64,000 nucleotides of DNA from assembly GCF_009914755.1 (NCBI RefSeq), contig NC_060929.1. The stretch is one strand, 5' to 3'. The position numbers and the translations under genes were made by a program. The notes under the pieces were generated by a model that saw only the letters and a list, made by a program, of their open reading frames with translations, was not told the origin of the DNA and did not search any database. The DNA comes from the human T2T-CHM13v2.0 reference genome, Homo sapiens. Positions 13,750 to 27,167 of the stretch are shown here, piece after piece; position 1 is the stretch's first letter; every line of letters starts with the position of its first letter.

Positions 13750-14990
13750 CATTGAAAAACTAAGTAAAAATTTGATTAAAAACATTTTAGAACTGACAAA
13801 TAATATAATAACCGAGATAAATTCAATGGATTGTTTTACCAACACATTAGACATTGCTGATGAGAAAATCAGTAAATTGGAAAATAAATTAGAAAGAAAA
13901 TAAATACCTGCCATAAAGATGGAGAGACAAAGGGGTAGAAAAAAAATAATAGGGGAGGATAAGAGACCCAGAGAACTGAGGGAATAAATTGGTCTAGCAC
14001 AGATGTTTTTGGACTACCAGGAAAAGAGGAGGAAGAAGATTGAGAAAACAATAACATTTGAAAAGATAATGGCTCAGAACTTTATGACATTGATGAAGGA
14101 CATATCCTACAGAATCCAAAGCCTAGACCATCTTGTGTATCTATTCTATTAACTGCTTTATTTCCTTCCATTGTGGTTTCCCAGTTTTCCACTTCTTTCC
14201 CATTTTTCATTCCCTCGGGCTTTGATATGAAAGTCTCACCAAGTTAGACATGCTGGCTGAATGCTTCAAACTTCCCACTGAAACCCGGAAACAGCCACAC
14301 AGTGAGAATACACATCACATCCTAGGACTAATAGGTTCATCCTCAGGCTAAGAGCAAAAGCTAAATGATCTGTCCCTAGACAGGACTGAACTGGATGGAA
14401 GCATTTATCTAGTAATTACATTGCCTTCCAGAACAAATATGACATCCTATAGAGGAAGAAATCAAAATCCAGGGTTTCTACAATGCAACTAACTCACTAT
14501 AAAGTTAGAAATTACTAGACATGAAGAGAAGCATAAAAAAATTGGAACCATAAAGAAGAGAAGAAGTGAAATTAATAGACAGACACACACAGATGGTCCA
14601 GCCTTTGGAATAAGCAGAAAAGAACGTATAGGATAAACCAATTAAGTCCCTGAAACAAAAAGAAGATGTAATGGGACAGGAAAAGAAAAGCGAAGAAAGA
14701 ATGGGTCATAATTTTCTAAATTGAGAAAATAAATAAATTAAAGTAAATCATTTCACAGTTACAAATTGCTCTCAGTTAACTATGAGTAGGATGGAGAAGA
14801 AGGAGAGAGGGAGGGAGCGAAGGAAACAAAGAAGGAAGGAAATAAAGAAGGAAGAAAGGAAATAAGGAAGGAAGGAAATAGGAAGGAAAGAAACAAGGAA
14901 GGAAGGAAGGAAGAAAAGGCAAGCATGCCAGAAAATTTCAAAGTCCAACTGTTGAAAACCAAAGGTGAAAAGAAAATCTCAAACATAACC
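13750..14990 (+). mobile_element. Old L1M ORF1/5' remnants
   Basis: ORF1-like translation (ITEINSMDCFTNTLDIADEKISKLEN); TTTGAAAAGATAATGGCTCAGAACTTT; CTGTTGAAAACCAAAGGTGAAAAGAAAATCTC. Confidence 0.65.
14790..14920 (+). repeat. (GGAA)n-like purine microsatellite
   Basis: Imperfect GGAA/GAAA arrays. Confidence 0.9.
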
Positions 14991-15437
14991 CATAAGACTT
15001 CCTGATTCAGCTCTGACAAATAAAGAACTTGGAAGACAACACTCCCATCCATTCTTAGAAGCTCAACAAACTGAAAATAAATTTTTAAAAATTAGACTCA
15101 TCAGAAAAATGAGACTGAAGGGCAAACCACCACCCCAAAACCTAGGAAAACAGGCACAACAGGAGCGATGTACCCACCACGGTCTGTGTACCTAGAGCAG
15201 GAGCTGCTGGAGCCATGGACTGGAAGAAGCACATACACAGTCGTCTGAGTTGCTGGAGGCTTAGTGTGGACCAGCAAGAGACTGAGAAATTTCTGGAAAC
15301 CACAGCATGGCAGGAGGCGTGAGGGCGCCCACACGTTCATGGGCGTCACTACCTGGACACACACCAGGTTTCCATGGTAAGGATCTAAGAAAGATCTCTT
15401 ATGGCTATGGCATGGGGAAGGGAAGAAATATTATCAA

Positions 15438-15707
15438 AATCTTAAGTGAAATAACTCAGAAACAGAGAGTCAAATGCTGCATGTTCTCATGTATAAGTAG
15501 GAGCTGAATCATGTCTACCGGTGGATGTGGAGTGTGGAATAATAGACATTGGAGACTCCAAAGGGTGGGAGGTGAGCAAGGAGTGAGAGATGAGAAATTA
15601 CTTAGTGGCTGCAAGGTACATTATCTGGGCGATGGTTATGCTACACCACTACACAGTATATCCACATAACAAAACTGCACGTGTACCTATTACATTTGTA
15701 CAAAAAA
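15438..15707 (+). mobile_element. L1MA (MA2-4-like) 3' end inserted in the L1MD 5'UTR
   Basis: TTAAGTGAAATAACTCAGAAACAGA...GGAATAATAGACATTGGAGACTC...GATGAGAAATTACTTA...AAAACTGCACGTGTACC, A tail. Confidence 0.85.
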
Positions 15708-18594
15708 GAGGGGGGGGTGGGGGAGAAGTGCCCAGACCTTCTCTGTAGCAAAGGCTCACTCTCCACGGAAAAACACGGGTTAAGGGCATTAATACATCTC
15801 CAGCCCTTGTTCACTTAAGGGGAAAACTAGTCACCAGGGGCCAGGCTTTAAGGAAATAAATTGGCAATGCTACAGCCAGGGAATCCAAAGGGGAGCAGGT
15901 GAAACCTATCCCATGAAGAAAGACTGGTGAAGGTCACAGCCCACAGACACAGGCCCACCAAGCCACCGACATTCAATCAGAACCTTACAGACACGCCTCC
16001 TCCCCTTCCCCTTACCACCCACGCCCAGCAGGGCTCCCATGCAGCGGCGGAGCACAGCTAATATTGCTGCAAGTCACAGACTGTCAAAGGAGTGTTCTAA
16101 AAGAAGCTCAAAGACAAGAAGGAAGATAAAAAACAAGGACACTAGGGGAATTTGAAGCCCCTAACACTTAGAGCCACAGCAAACATTGAAACAGCAGCCT
16201 GGCTCACAGCCAGATTCACATAAATCCTCACATAAAGGCCTATGAACCTTCGTTCTTATTATCCAACTTTCAAAAAAAAATTACAAGGCATGCAAAGAGG
16301 CAAGAAAAAAATAGTCTGAAGAGGCAAAGTAAGCATCAGAATCAGACTCAGAGATGACACAGATGTTGGAATTAGCAGACACTGAATTTAAAGTAACCAT
16401 GATTAGTATGTTAAGAACACTAGTGGAAAAAGCAGAAAACATGCAAAAACAGATGGGTAATGTAAGCAGAGGGATGAAAATTCTAAGAAAGAATTAAAAG
16501 GAAATGCTAGAAATCAGGAGCGCTGTAGCCGAAATTTTAAAGTGCTTTTGATGGGCTTGTAAGAGACTAGACACAGCCAAGGAAAGAATCAGTGTGCTTG
16601 AAGCTATGTCCATAGAAACTTCCAGAAAGAGAAGAGTAAAAACAAAACAAGGAAACAGGCAAACAACAAAAATAACAACAACAAAAACAAACACCCAAAA
16701 ATTTGGAGACAATTTCAAAAGTTGTAACATAAGTGTAATTGGAATATCAGAAGGAAAAGAAAGAGAGAACTCATCAGAAGAAATATTTAAAGTAATAATG
16801 GCCCAGATTATTCCAAAATTAAAGATAATACTAAGCCCCGAATCTAGGAAGCTCAGAGAACACCAAGCAGGATTAATGCCAAAAGACACACACACCCATT
16901 CATAGGCGTAGCACATTCAAAGCGCGAGAAATCAGACAAGGAAAAAACCTTGAAAGAAATCGGGGTGGGGGAGCAATCTTATCTATAGAAAATCAAGGAT
17001 AAATATTACAGTGTTTCTCATCATAAATTATGCACATATGAAGAGAATGGAGTGAAATATCTCAAGTGTTGGAAGGAAATAAAACAACCAATCTAGAATT
17101 TTTATATTCCATGAAATTATCCTTCAAAAATGAAGGAAAAATACTTTCTCAGATGAGCAAAAAGTGAGACAATTCATTGCCAGCAAATCAGCTCTGCAAG
17201 AATATTCAAAGAAATTCTGTGTCCAGAAAGAAGGAAAACAACAGAGATCAGAAACCAGGTTCTACATTTTTTAAAATTAAGAGTATCAGAGAAGAAATAC
17301 GTGGAAGTAACATGCTTTTATTGATCTTATGCTTAATTTATCTGAAAGATAATTGGCTGTTTAAAGTAATAACAGTAACAATGCATTGGGAGATTATAGC
17401 ACACAGTGAAGCTGAATAAATGGCAACAGTGTCACAAGGTATAGGAGAGAGGCATTGGGATTGCTCCAGTAGAAGTTTCCTGCACCACATGTGACGAAGT
17501 GTAGCAGCATTAGAAGGTTGCTTTGGATCATGTAAAAATAAATATTGTAAATTCTAAGGCAAACATGAAAAAAAAGCTAAAAGAATTAAAATTGACACGC
17601 TCAGAGAAGAGATAAAATAGAATTATATAAAATGCTCAATAAAGCAAAAGACAGCAGAAAAATAGGAAAATTTTTTAAAAAATAAGAATAAATGGAGTAA
17701 ATAGAGAACTGTTAAAAACAGTAGATATTCATCCAGTTATATCGATAAGCACTTTAAAGTGTACGGCCTAAGAAATTATTTTTAAAAAATTGTCAGATGA
17801 GTTTGTTTTTAAATATCCAACTATATGTTGTTTACAAAAAGCACATATTATATAGAAAGACTCAGACAAATTAAAATTGAAGGGATGGAGAAAGTTGTAA
17901 CATGCTGACACTCTTGAATAAAAAAGCAGGAATAGCTGTAATAATTTCAAACACAGCATTCTTCAGAACAGGGAAGATCAGTGATGAAGAGGGACATTAA
18001 CAATAAAAGGGTCAATTTTCCAGGAAGACATAATTATAAGCATGAATATATCACACAACAGAGCATCCAAATACATGAGGAAGAAACTGACTGAACCGAA
18101 AGGAGAAATAAACAGCTCCACTATTATAGTTAGCCACTGCCAGAATTGACAGTTTAAGCAGGCAGAAAATCAGTAAAGATGCGGACAACCTGAACAGCGC
18201 TATCAATCAACTTGATCTAATTGACATTTTTAAAAATATTTCAGCCAGCAGTAACAGAATACACATTCTTCTTAAGCTCACAGGGAACATTTGCCAAGAT
18301 AGGTTACATTCTGGGCCTTGAAAAACACCTTAAGTTTGAAAAAATAGAAACCCATTTAAAGCATGTTCTCAGACTACAATGGAACTAAATTAGAAATTAA
18401 TAACAGAAAGATAGCTGAAAAATTCCCAAATATTTGTAAATTAAATAACGTGCTCTTAAATACCCCATAGGTCTAAAATAAATCTCAAAGAAATTTAAAA
18501 AGACTTTGAAAACTAAATGAAAATTAAAATACAATGTAGCCAAATTTGTGGAAGTCAGCAAAAGTATCAAAGAACCAAAGAGTTAGTTATTTTG

Positions 18595-19320
18595 GGGAGG
18601 CAAGAAGAAGGATCCTAATGCCCACAAAAGACCACCATCTGGATTCCTCCTGTTCTGTTCAGAATTCTGCCCAAGATCAAATTCACAAAGCCTGACATCT
18701 CTATTGGAGATGTGGCAAAAAAGCTGGCTGAGATGTGGAATAACTTAAATGACAGCGAAAGGAGCCTTACCTCACTGCATTAGTCCAGTGTCATGCTGCT
18801 ATGAAGAAAAACCTGAGACGGGGTAATTTATAAAGGAAGGAGGTTTAATTGACTCACAGTTCCGCATTGCTGGGGAGGCCTCAGGAAACTTACAATCATG
18901 GCAGAAGGCAAGGAAAAACAAGCACCTTCTTCACAGGATGGCAAGATGGAGTGAGTGCCAAAAGGGGAAATGCCAGACACCTGTAAAACCATCAGATCTC
19001 GTGAGAACTCACTATCACAAGAACAGCAACCGCCCCCATGACCCAATTACCTCCACCTGGTCCCACCCTTGACAGGTGGGGATTATCGGGATTACAATTC
19101 CAGGTGAGACTGGGTTGGGGTCACAGAGCCAAACCATATCAATCACCAAGGCAGCAAAGCTGAAGGAGAAGTATGAGAAGGATGTTGCTGACTATAAGTC
19201 TAGAAAGTTTGATGGTGCAAAAGGTCCTGCTAAAGTTGCCCAAAAACAAGTGGAAGAGGAAGATGAAGAAGACGAGGAGGAAGTAAAGGAGGAGGATGAA
19301 TTAAAAAAACTGTTCATCTA
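18595..19320 (+). pseudogene. HMGB3P: HMGB3 processed pseudogene, 5'-truncated (HMG box B and acidic tail), split by THE1D
   Basis: Encodes [21 protein letters not shown] / [19 protein letters not shown] / [43 protein letters not shown], diagnostic of HMGB3; intronless, frameshifted, followed by AAACTGTTCATCT resembling the start of the 3'UTR. Confidence 0.95.
18776..19141 (-). mobile_element. THE1D MaLR solo LTR inside the HMGB3 pseudogene
   Basis: Reverse termini TGCATTAGTCC...CAAACCATATCA; THE1D-type GGAAATGCCAGAC and GGAAACTTACAATCATGG; TSD CTCAC/ATCAC duplicates HMGB3 ATCAC. Confidence 0.92.
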
Positions 19321-19324
19321 TTTT

Positions 19325-19462
19325 AAAAATGCTTTTCTATAATGACTTTGTGTCCTACACCTCTGATAAGTTCAATTAATTTTAGCATTTTTTAATATAT
19401 TCCTTAGGATTTTCTACTTAATGATCAGGTTGTCTGCAAATAAAAACAACTTTACTTCTTCC

Positions 19463-19464
<2 letters not shown>
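19325..19464 (-). mobile_element. Antisense old-L1 ORF2 fragment fused to the pseudogene 3' end; carries AATAAA before the A33 tail
   Basis: TTCCTTAGGATTTTCTAC...TGTCTGCAAATAAAAACAACTTTACTTCTTCC is reverse L1 ORF2; AATAAA 19439-19444, poly(A) 19465-19497. Confidence 0.8.
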
Positions 19465-19500
<36 letters not shown>

Positions 19501-20624
19501 CAAAATTGATAAATCTATAGCCAGGATTACCAAAAGTGAGAGAGAGAATATAAATCACAGATATAAAAAATGAGAGAATATTCATTAAATAATGAATCCC
19601 TTTGGCATAAGGATAATAAAGGTATACTATGAACAACTCTGTTTCCAAATTTGATAACTTAGATGAAATGAATGAATTTCTTGAGAGACACAAACTACCA
19701 AAACTCACACAAGGAGAGAGAGGCAACTTGAATAGGCATGTGTTTATTAAAGAAATTGAATAAATAACTTATAGCCTTCCTAAAAAGAAAGTACTATACC
19801 AGATGTTTTCACCAGTAAATTCTAACAAACATTTCAAGAAATAATACTAATTCTTTACAATATCTTCCAAAAAAATAAAAGCAGAGGGAACATTTCCTAA
19901 CTCAGGTATGAGGCCAGATTACCTTAATACCTAAATCAGATAAAGATGTGAAATGAAAGGAAAACTATAGACTGATATCTCTCATAAATATATATGAAAA
20001 ACTTCAACAAAATATTAGGAAATCAAATCCATCGAAGTACAAAAAGAATTATACATCCCAACCAAGTGGGATGTATTTAAAACATTCAAGGCTGGTTCAA
20101 GACTCAAAAATAAAAAAAAAATCAATGTAACCCTCCATATCAACAAGCTAAAGAAAAGAAATAATTTGATCAAATCAATCAACACAGAGAAAGGCATTTA
20201 ACAAAATCCAACACCCATTTATCATAAAACTCTTAGCAAACTAGAAACAGAGAGGACATCATCAACTTGATAAAAAAAATTATTAAAAGCTGAAAGCTAA
20301 TATCATATTTAAAGAAAACAGAGTGGAATCTTCCCCCTCAAAATCAGGAACAAGGCAACAATGTCCTCTCTCACCATTCCTATTCAACATTGTGCTAGAA
20401 GTTTTACCTGGTGCAATAAAAATAGAAAAAGGAAGAAATGTATATGGATTAGAAAGAAAGAAGTAAAACTGTCTTTAGTCACAGATATAATCTTTTATGT
20501 AGAAAAGTCCAATTAAAAACACTTCTGGAACTAATAAATATGTATAACAAGGTCTCAAAAGTCAATTGCTTTCTTTTATACCAGAAATTTAAAAATTAGC
20601 ATTTGAAATTAGAAAAGAAAATAC

Positions 20625-21084
20625 TGAGATGCTTAATTTTATGTGTCAGCTTGACTGAGCCACAGTGCCCAGATATCTGGTCAAACATTCTAGACTTTCT
20701 TGTGAAAGTATTTTTTTGGATTAACATTTAAACGGATAGAATTCGAGTAAAGACAATTACCCTCTATAATGTGGGTGGGCTTCATCCAATCAGATGAAGC
20801 ATTCAGTAGAACAAAGACTGGCCTTTCTCAAGCAAGAAAAAATTCTGCCAGCAGATGGCCTTTGGAGTCCAACTTCTACTCTTCCCTGGGTCTCCAGCCT
20901 GCTGCCTAACCTGCATATTTGCAGTTGCCAAGGCTTCACAATTATATGAGCCAATTTCTTTAAATCTTCCTGTCTCCCCACCCCAAACACACACACACAC
21001 TCACACACATTGTCTCACACACACACTCACACACAGAGATGATGATGTTTCTGTTTTTCTGTTTCTCTGGAGAACCCTAATACA
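20625..21084 (+). mobile_element. MLT2C/D ERVL solo LTR with internal (CA)n
   Basis: TTAATTTTATGTGTCAGCTTGACT...ATGTGGGTGGGCTTCATCCAATCAG...CTGGAGAACCCTAATACA; perfect TSD AATAC. Confidence 0.92.
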
Positions 21085-22006
21085 AATACCATTTACAATA
21101 GCACAAAAAATGAAATGATTAGGTATAACTATAACAAAAATATGTATAGGATATGAATGCAGAAAACTATGAAATGCTGATGAAATCAAAAACTAAATAA
21201 ATGGACAGATATTCCATGTTCATGGATAGGAAGACAATATTGTCAAGATGTCAGTTCTTTCCAACTTGATCCACAGATTCAAGACAATCCAGACTTTACT
21301 GGACTACTTTGTAGGCATCAATAAACTAATTTTAAAGTGTGTATCAAATGGCAAAATAGTTAGATCACACAACACTAAAGAAGGAGTAGGAGAAGAAGAA
21401 GGAGGAGGAAGAACAATAAAGCTGAAGGACTCACAGTGCTCTATTTCAAGACTTACTATTAAGCTACAGTAATCAAAACCTAGTGTTGGCAAAAATAAAT
21501 AAATAGGTCAATGTAACTAAATAGTCCATAAGTAGAGCCACACAGATATAGTTAACTGATCTTTGATAAAGGAGCAAAGGCAATTCCATATAGAAAAGAC
21601 AGTTTTTTTTAACAATTGTGCTAGAAAACTTGGATGTCAATATGAAAATAAAACCCTAGCCCTTACACATGTCACAAAAAATTAACTCAAAATTGACCAT
21701 ATACCTAAATGTAAAACACGAAGCTATAAAACTTCTGGAAGAAATGACGAGAGAAAAAACTATAAGACCTGGCTTTTTTGAGGTGGTTTTATATACAACA
21801 TGAAATGATAATCCATGAAAGTAAATTGAACTGATAACTTGGAATTTATTAAAATTTAAAACTGCTATGTAAAAGATACTTATGAAAATAAAAATACAAA
21901 CCACAGAATGGGAGAAACTATTTGCAAAACATATCTGTTAAAAGACTTGTATTCAAAATATACAAAGAAACTTAAAACTCAACAATGAAAAGAGAAATAA
22001 CCCAAC

Positions 22007-23198
22007 TTTTCTTTTTTAGATTCATGGGGTACACATGCAAGTTTGTTACATAGGTATATTGTATGGTGTTGAGGTTTGGGCTTCTAATGATCCTGTTAGC
22101 CAAGTAGCAAACATAATACACAATAGATAGTTTTTCAATCCTGTCCCCCCATTTCCCCTTTTTGGAATCCCCAGTATTTATTGTTCTCATCTTTGTGTCT
22201 ATGTGTACCCAATGTTTAGCTCCTCTGTAAAAGTGAAAACATGCAATATTTGGTTTTCTGTTTCTGTACTAGTTTGCTTGTGATAATGGCCCCAGCTGCA
22301 TACATGTTGCTGCAAAAGATATGATTTTATTATTTTCATAGCTATGTAGTATTCCATGGTGTATATGTACCACATTTTCTTTATCCAATCCGCCATTGTT
22401 TGGTATCTGTGTTGATTCCATATCTTTGCTATTGTGAATAGTGCTATGATAAACATGCAAGTGCAGGTGTCTTTTTGATGGAACAATTTATTTTTCTTGG
22501 GGTATATACTGAGTAATGGAATTGCTGGGTTGAATAATAATTCTAGTTTTACTTCCTTGAGAAATCTCCAAACTGCTTTCCACAGAGGCTGAACGACTTT
22601 GTATTCCCACCAACAGTGTGTAAGAGTTCCCGTTTCTCCACAGCCTCACCAACATCTGTTATTTTTTGACTTTTAAGTAATAGCCGTTGTGACTGGTGTG
22701 AGATAATATCTCATTGTGCTTTCTATTTGCATCTTCCTGATGATTAGTGATGTTGAACATTTTTTTCATGTTTTTGGCCACTTATATGTCTTTCTCTTTC
22801 TCTGAGAAGTGTCTGTTATGTCCTTTGCCCAGTTTTTAAATAGTTTTTTTTTCTTTTTGATTTGTTCAAGTTTCTTATAAAATCTAGATATTGGTCTTTT
22901 GTGAAATGTACATTTTGCAAATATTTTCTCTCATCCCATAGGTCATCTGTTTACTCTGCCGTTAGTTTTTGTTATTGTTGTTTGTTTGTTTGTTTTTGCT
23001 GTGCAGAAGCTCTTTTGTTTAATTAGGTACCAATTGTCAATTTTGTTTTTGTTGCATTCACTTTTGAGGACTTAGACATAAATTCTTTGCCAAGGCTAAT
23101 GACCAGAAGGGTATTCCCTAGATTTTCTTCCAGGATTTTTATAGTTTGAGGTTTTGCATTTAAGTCTCTAGTCCATCTTGTGTTAATTTTTGTATATG
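22007..23198 (-). mobile_element. L1PA15/16-L1PB-type 5'-truncated element
   Basis: Reverse L1 3'UTR and ORF2 end (MFIIALFTIAKIWNQ...WIKKMWYIYTMEYY); TSD GAAATAACCCAACTTTT/GAAATAACTCAGCTTTT. Confidence 0.92.
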
Positions 23199-25780
23199 AA
23201 ATAACTCAGCTTTTAAAACAGTCAAAAGATTTAGACACTTCACCAATGAAGACTTGCAGATGGAAACTAATCATGTGAATAGGCAACATCATTATTCATT
23301 AGGGAAATGCAAATTAAAACAATAATAAGTTATCATTACAGATCTATTGGAATGGCTAAGTTAGCTAGAATTGGCTAAAATCCAAATAACTGACAAGATC
23401 AAATCTGGCAATGATACAGAGCAACAGAAACTCTCATTCATTTTTAATAAGAATACAAAATGGCACAGCCAATTTGGAAGAGAGTTTAGCAGTTTCTTTT
23501 AAAGCTAAATTTACTCTTCCCATATGATCCAGCAGTCATGTTCTTGGGTAATTACCCCACCAATTTGAAAACGTTTGTACACACAAACATCTTCATGCAG
23601 ATGTTGGTAGTCATTTTATCATAACCACTGAAAACTAGAAGCAGCCAATAGGTCCTTCAATAGATGAATGGATAAGCAAACTTGGTACATCCATACAGTG
23701 GAATACCATTCTCCAATAAAAAGGAGTGAGCTGCTAGTGAGCCACTTAAAGACACAGAAGAAACTTAAATGCATATTGTGGAGTGAAAGATGAAAATCTG
23801 AACAGGATATGTACTGATTCCAGTTATGCGATATTCTAGAAAGGGAAAAATTGCATAAAGACAACAAATCAGTAGTTGCCAGAGGTTCATGCTGGGGACA
23901 GGGCGTGTATAGGTGAAGCACAAGATTGTTTTCGAGTGGCAAAACTATCCTGTATAATACTGTAATGGTGGGTACATACACTATACAAAACCCATAACAT
24001 AAATTTTGCAGCACAAAGAGGAAACCTTAAGGTATGCAAAATTTTTTTTTTTTTGAAAATTACTCAAGAGGTCAAAGGATTCCAGGATGGCATAAAGATT
24101 GTGAAAAAGAATGTGACTATTTTACAAGTGTAAGACATAATCTTCAGAGGCAAGTGGAAAAGGCACTGGCTTAAGTAACTTAGAAAATGTATGGAGCCTG
24201 TAAGACTAAACACAACAGAAACAGTATATAAGCACTGTGCTCTAGCTGATAAAGCTGCTTCCCACAGGGGTACAGGTTAATAATTCTGACCACTATGCAT
24301 GTCTAGTGAAATTGAACGATTAAATAAATGGATGGTGAATGGTAGGAGTTATATTTCTCACGATTGAAATGGAAGGTTCGAGATAACTGGAGGAGCTAGA
24401 ATACTCCACGTGATGACGGCTCATCATTGGTGACATAAACTCATGTTTACCTTAATATGAATATGGATGGTTTCATAGAGAAACATTTATAGATATATGT
24501 ATATACACAGGCTGGTATACACACGTATTTCCTTGCTGTCAGATGATAGCAACTAGGACTAACAACACCTCAGTGGCAGCAAGTACATCTAGGCTCCAGA
24601 CCATGGTTTCCACTCATAATACTCTCCTGCAATGGAAGGACCCTGGTATCCTTGGGGAAATGGCTGGTTCTAGGCCTGGGGCAGGAAACATAGAAGATGA
24701 ACCTTAAGCATCTCGCAGCACCAGGAAGCAAGTAAGTAATAACAACAATATCAGAAAATAAAATATTCGTAATAATTATTTTTTAAATTTAATTATATAT
24801 AACATTCAAAACTGTGATAAGGAAGCCAACTAAAAGATGTCTCAATGGTCTAAGTTGGCTCTAGTAAAATAGAACCCAACTAAAAAGCTTTCAATTGTCA
24901 AAACTGGACCAATTTGAGCAATACAATGAATAAAGTAGTATTGGATTATAACCCAAAGTGTAAAAAAAAAAGTCCATCCATGAGTCCACACTGATATAAA
25001 GAAATAATTGAATAAATAAATTAATGGGGAAGAATAGAAAAGGCTGTCACACAAAATAATTCAAAATAATCTGTACAGATACTCTGCCTTCCAAGAGGTG
25101 GAGCCTAACTCTCCACTCTTAAGTATGGGCTGTGCATAGTGACTTCCTTCCAAAGAGTATAGTAGGAAGCAGGGGTTACTTTACAGAAGAGAAATGTCAC
25201 AAGTGTGACTGCATCTGAGTGTTCAAGGTTAACTTCCATAGTGGTAAGTCATGTTAATAGCATGTGCCCTTTGTGTGACATGATGAGAATGGCATTGTAC
25301 ATCTGTGATCTTCCTCCCCAAAAACGTGTAATCCCCAACTAATCGTGAGAAAACATCAGACAAATCCCAACGGAAGGATGTTCTACGAAATACTTGGCCG
25401 GCTTTCCTCCATACTGTGAAGGTCACCCAAACAAAGTCTGCAAAAACAGCACCACCAAGAGGGGGCTAAGGAGACAGGATGACTAAATGAAATGCGGCAT
25501 CCTGGGCGCGGGCCCAGAACAGAAAAAGAGCATTAGGCAAAAATTAAGAAATCTGAATGAAGTATGGGTTTTAGTTTATACTATGTCAATGTTGTTTCAT
25601 TAATTATGAGAAATGTAACATACTAATTTAAACGTTAACAATCAGGGAAGCTTTGTGTGAGCTTTATATGAGGGCTGTATTCTCTTTACAACTTTTCTGT
25701 AAGTCTAAAATTATTTTACAACTAAAAGCTTATTTTAAAACATGAGCTGTAAAATGACATATAATCAATGAATTTTCTAG

Positions 25781-26060
<280 letters not shown>

Positions 26061-26567
26061 TCTTCTTCTAAATTGTTCAATTCTGGAACATTATAAGGAA
26101 AACCAAAATTAGCAGAATATGGCTCAACTTATTCAAATCGCTTTTCAATTGCCACTGAATTGTAATTTATAATAGATACAATCAGTTTCAGAATCATTAG
26201 TAAACAATCTTATTCACAGTTACGTAAGCATTTTTGTTACTTGGTTCTAATTTTTTTATATTTTATTGGAATGTCACGTCCACTGTTGTTTCATTTAAGC
26301 AAAATCCACTTTTCTTTTTAAAAAACTTTCCAAGTTACTTTAATTTTTTTAAGCAAAATCCCTAAACTGCTCCAAAATTGTTATCCCCATGGGTATGAGT
26401 TGTGATTCCTTCATATAATATGGATGGTTGCATACAGGAATATGGATTCCTCATTGGATTTTCCACCAGAACAAATGGTGTTAACAAATGGATTCCCACT
26501 AGAATTCTGGCTTCTATACTTTTCAACAACATTCCTCGTGTCTTTATCTTAGGTGTGCCCTTAACTA

Positions 26568-26755
26568 CTTTTTTTTCCAGTTTTATCAAGGTATAATTGA
26601 CAACAAAAAATTATATATACCTAAGGTGTACAACTTGATGTTTTGATGTTCATATACTTTCTGAAATAATTACCACCATTAAGCTAATTCGTGTATCTAT
26701 CACCTCACATAGTTACCTTCTTTTTTTAATCATTGTGGTAAGGATGCTTAAGATC
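26568..26755 (-). mobile_element. L1MA8/9-type 3' end
   Basis: AGGTATAATTGACAA...AAGGTGTACAACTTGATG...ATCACCTCACATAGTTACC. Confidence 0.85.
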
Positions 26756-26863
26756 AATGTCCAAAACTGAAAGTTGCCTATTCCATCTTTTACTTAAATC
26801 AAACCTATACATTTTCCAATGGACATAAAAGCAGTGACATAGCTACTAATTTTGATATCTCCG

Positions 26864-27167
26864 TTTTCTTTTCTTTTTTTTTTTTTGAGATGGAGTCTTG
26901 CTCTGTCACCCAGGCTAGAGTGCAGTGGTGTGAACTCGGCTCAGTGAAAGCTCCGCCTCCCGGGTTCACACCACTCTCCTGCCACAGCCTCCCAAGTAGC
27001 TGGGACTACAGGCACCCGTCACCACACCCGGCTAATTTTTTGTATTTTTAGTAGAGATGGGTTTTCACCGTGTTAGCCAGGATGGTCTCGATCTCCTGAC
27101 CTCGTGATCCACCCACCTCAGCCTCCCAAAGTGCTGGGATTACAGATGTGAGCCACCACGCCAGGTC
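26864..27167 (-). mobile_element. AluY
   Basis: Diagnostic AAGCTCCGCCTCCCGGGTTCAC and CCGTGTTAGCCAGGATGGTCTCGATCTCC; TSD GATATCTC(C/T)GTTTTCTT. Confidence 0.95.

Larger units (their letters stand above)
14995..25740 (+). mobile_element. Near full-length ancient L1 (L1MD-type), host to nested insertions
   Basis: 5'UTR from GACTTCCTGATTCAGCTCTGAC; ORF1 remnants ~16270-17330 (DNFKSCNISVIGISEGKERENSSEEIFKVIMA); ORF2 EN/RT remnants ~17740-23800; long L1MD-like 3'UTR ending TTTTCTGTAAGTCTAAAATTATTT; many stops and frameshifts. Confidence 0.85.

Noticed and set aside
19076-19342. 88-aa ORF containing the HMGB3 C-terminus
   Set aside because: Starts at a GTG inside an antisense THE1D LTR, lacks most of the HMG box, and the native stop is frameshifted; pseudogene remnant.
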